Shown here: positions 62,905 through 64,000 of the stretch, in pieces
Position numbering within the stretch: position 1 is the stretch's first letter
Layout of the letters: each line of letters begins with the position of its first letter
Source of the DNA: Phoronis australis
Lineage: Eukaryota; Animalia; Phoronida
DNA: 64,000 bases
Assembly (NCBI GenBank): GCA_002633005.1
Contig: NMRA01000068.1
Span: 1,097,148 to 1,161,147 of the forward strand
Reading direction: 5' to 3'
Translations under genes and position numbers: made by a program
The notes under the pieces: model-generated
Databases searched by the model: none
Told to the model about the DNA's origin: nothing
What the model saw: only the letters and a program-made list of their open reading frames with translations

Positions 62905-64000
62905 GAGTATGGTTTCACATGAAAATACATTTAATTGTATTTGGATACGCTTGCGTGTGTGTATGCGTGGACTTTGTCATTTTGCTTAAATCCAGATTTA
63001 AAAGCAGAAATTCAGTAGGGTTAGCCCTAAGCCACGGTGGCCGGTGTCGTGGCGGTCCCCGGGAAGTCTGATCCATGCACGTGCAATTCGATGATCTAAT
63101 GCTAGTCGCTGGTCAGCTCCGCTACGATTCATTTGGGACGTGCAGCTTAGCTCGAACCTATGCCCGTGTTCTGGCTCCAAAGATCGTTTTTTGATCCCCA
63201 ACGGTTTCGGGAAAAGTTTATTTAAAAGGGTCATTCCCTGAAGATTTTTTTGAAAGGCATGGTCCCCGAAGTCCTTGGCGTATAGAGCTAATCAAAATTC
63301 CTTGTTGAAACACGGCCACTTGTCCAGCTTCTGCCGGGCGGCTGGGGAAAATGAACGTGTGTCCCAAAAATGTACACACTTCAACGCCTGCACTTCAAGT
63401 TCATTTCTCGACAATCACTGGCGGCGGATTCTACGCCGGTCTAATGCATGCATACACCTTATTTTTAACGTGGGTACGTAACTGAGTCATGACGTGCCCA
63501 GCCTGTGCAGTATGCACGGGAATGGCAAGCAAACGATTCGGTTTAGAAGAGCCACTAAAATTCATTGCGCATTACTACTGTGACAAGGAAATGCAAAGAC
63601 AATCTTTACAAATTTATGAACAATGACTTGAACTTATTTTTCGATCTACGGTTTACAATTTTTTAAATTTCACTAGTCTAGTTTTTGATTCAATAAAGCA
63701 TTTTGAGCTGTTCGACATTCATGAACTTATCACTGTCATCGTTATTGTACTTCATTGCGACATGGTGGTCTGATGATTGGTAGAAATTTCCCAAGTCAGC
63801 CTTCAACTAAGTTCAGTGACGCATCGTCATTTCTTGCAAGGTAACTTCTGTGCTGTGCAGTAATGTTTTGTGTTTTTGATGAATTTGGAATCTCAACTTC
63901 CACTCGTGAGTAGTTGGCAGAGACATGTCGGAGGTGTATAGAGGCACAGGGCACAGCACTGAAAAAAGTGGGGGCTAAAACCCCCTCAACCCCCCCCCCC

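Noticed and set aside
63014-63030. CTAACCCTA on the - strand as a telomerase RNA template
   Set aside because: Only a 9-mer; the downstream - strand sequence is AT-rich with a tandem duplication and shows no evident pseudoknot or H/ACA domain.
63052-63075. GTCCCCGGGAAGTCTGA resembling RNase P/MRP conserved region I
   Set aside because: No complementary CR-V (P4 partner) sequence found downstream.

Overview
AT-rich, intron-containing animal (invertebrate bilaterian-like) genomic DNA with four protein-coding genes reconstructed by hand from splice signals. (1) The 5' part of a CNOT7/CNOT8 (CAF1/POP2) deadenylase gene on the - strand, running off the window start. (2) A complete 6-exon, 200-aa four-transmembrane gene of LAPTM/TMEM217-like topology (- strand, 9311-15948) that the ORF track shows only in fragments. 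(3) A complete 5-exon, 1225-aa golden goal (gogo)/THSD1-type receptor (+ strand, 20887-48971): signal peptide, GOGO/THSD1 N-terminal region, TSP1, CUB, TM and a long tail with a His-rich repeat. (4) An orphan 253-aa secreted prohormone-like gene (- strand, 57474-58235) predicted to release pQIIFTSPGW, which resembles GnRH/AKH-family peptides. Introns and spacers hold nested hAT/pogo-like elements, Harbinger-like and 5-bp-TSD MITEs, a SINE, a Penelope relic, Helentron/HINE-like elements (one carrying an array of CTCF-like motifs), minisatellites and a probable assembly-derived 743-bp duplication. All family assignments come from recalled sequence features, not database searches.
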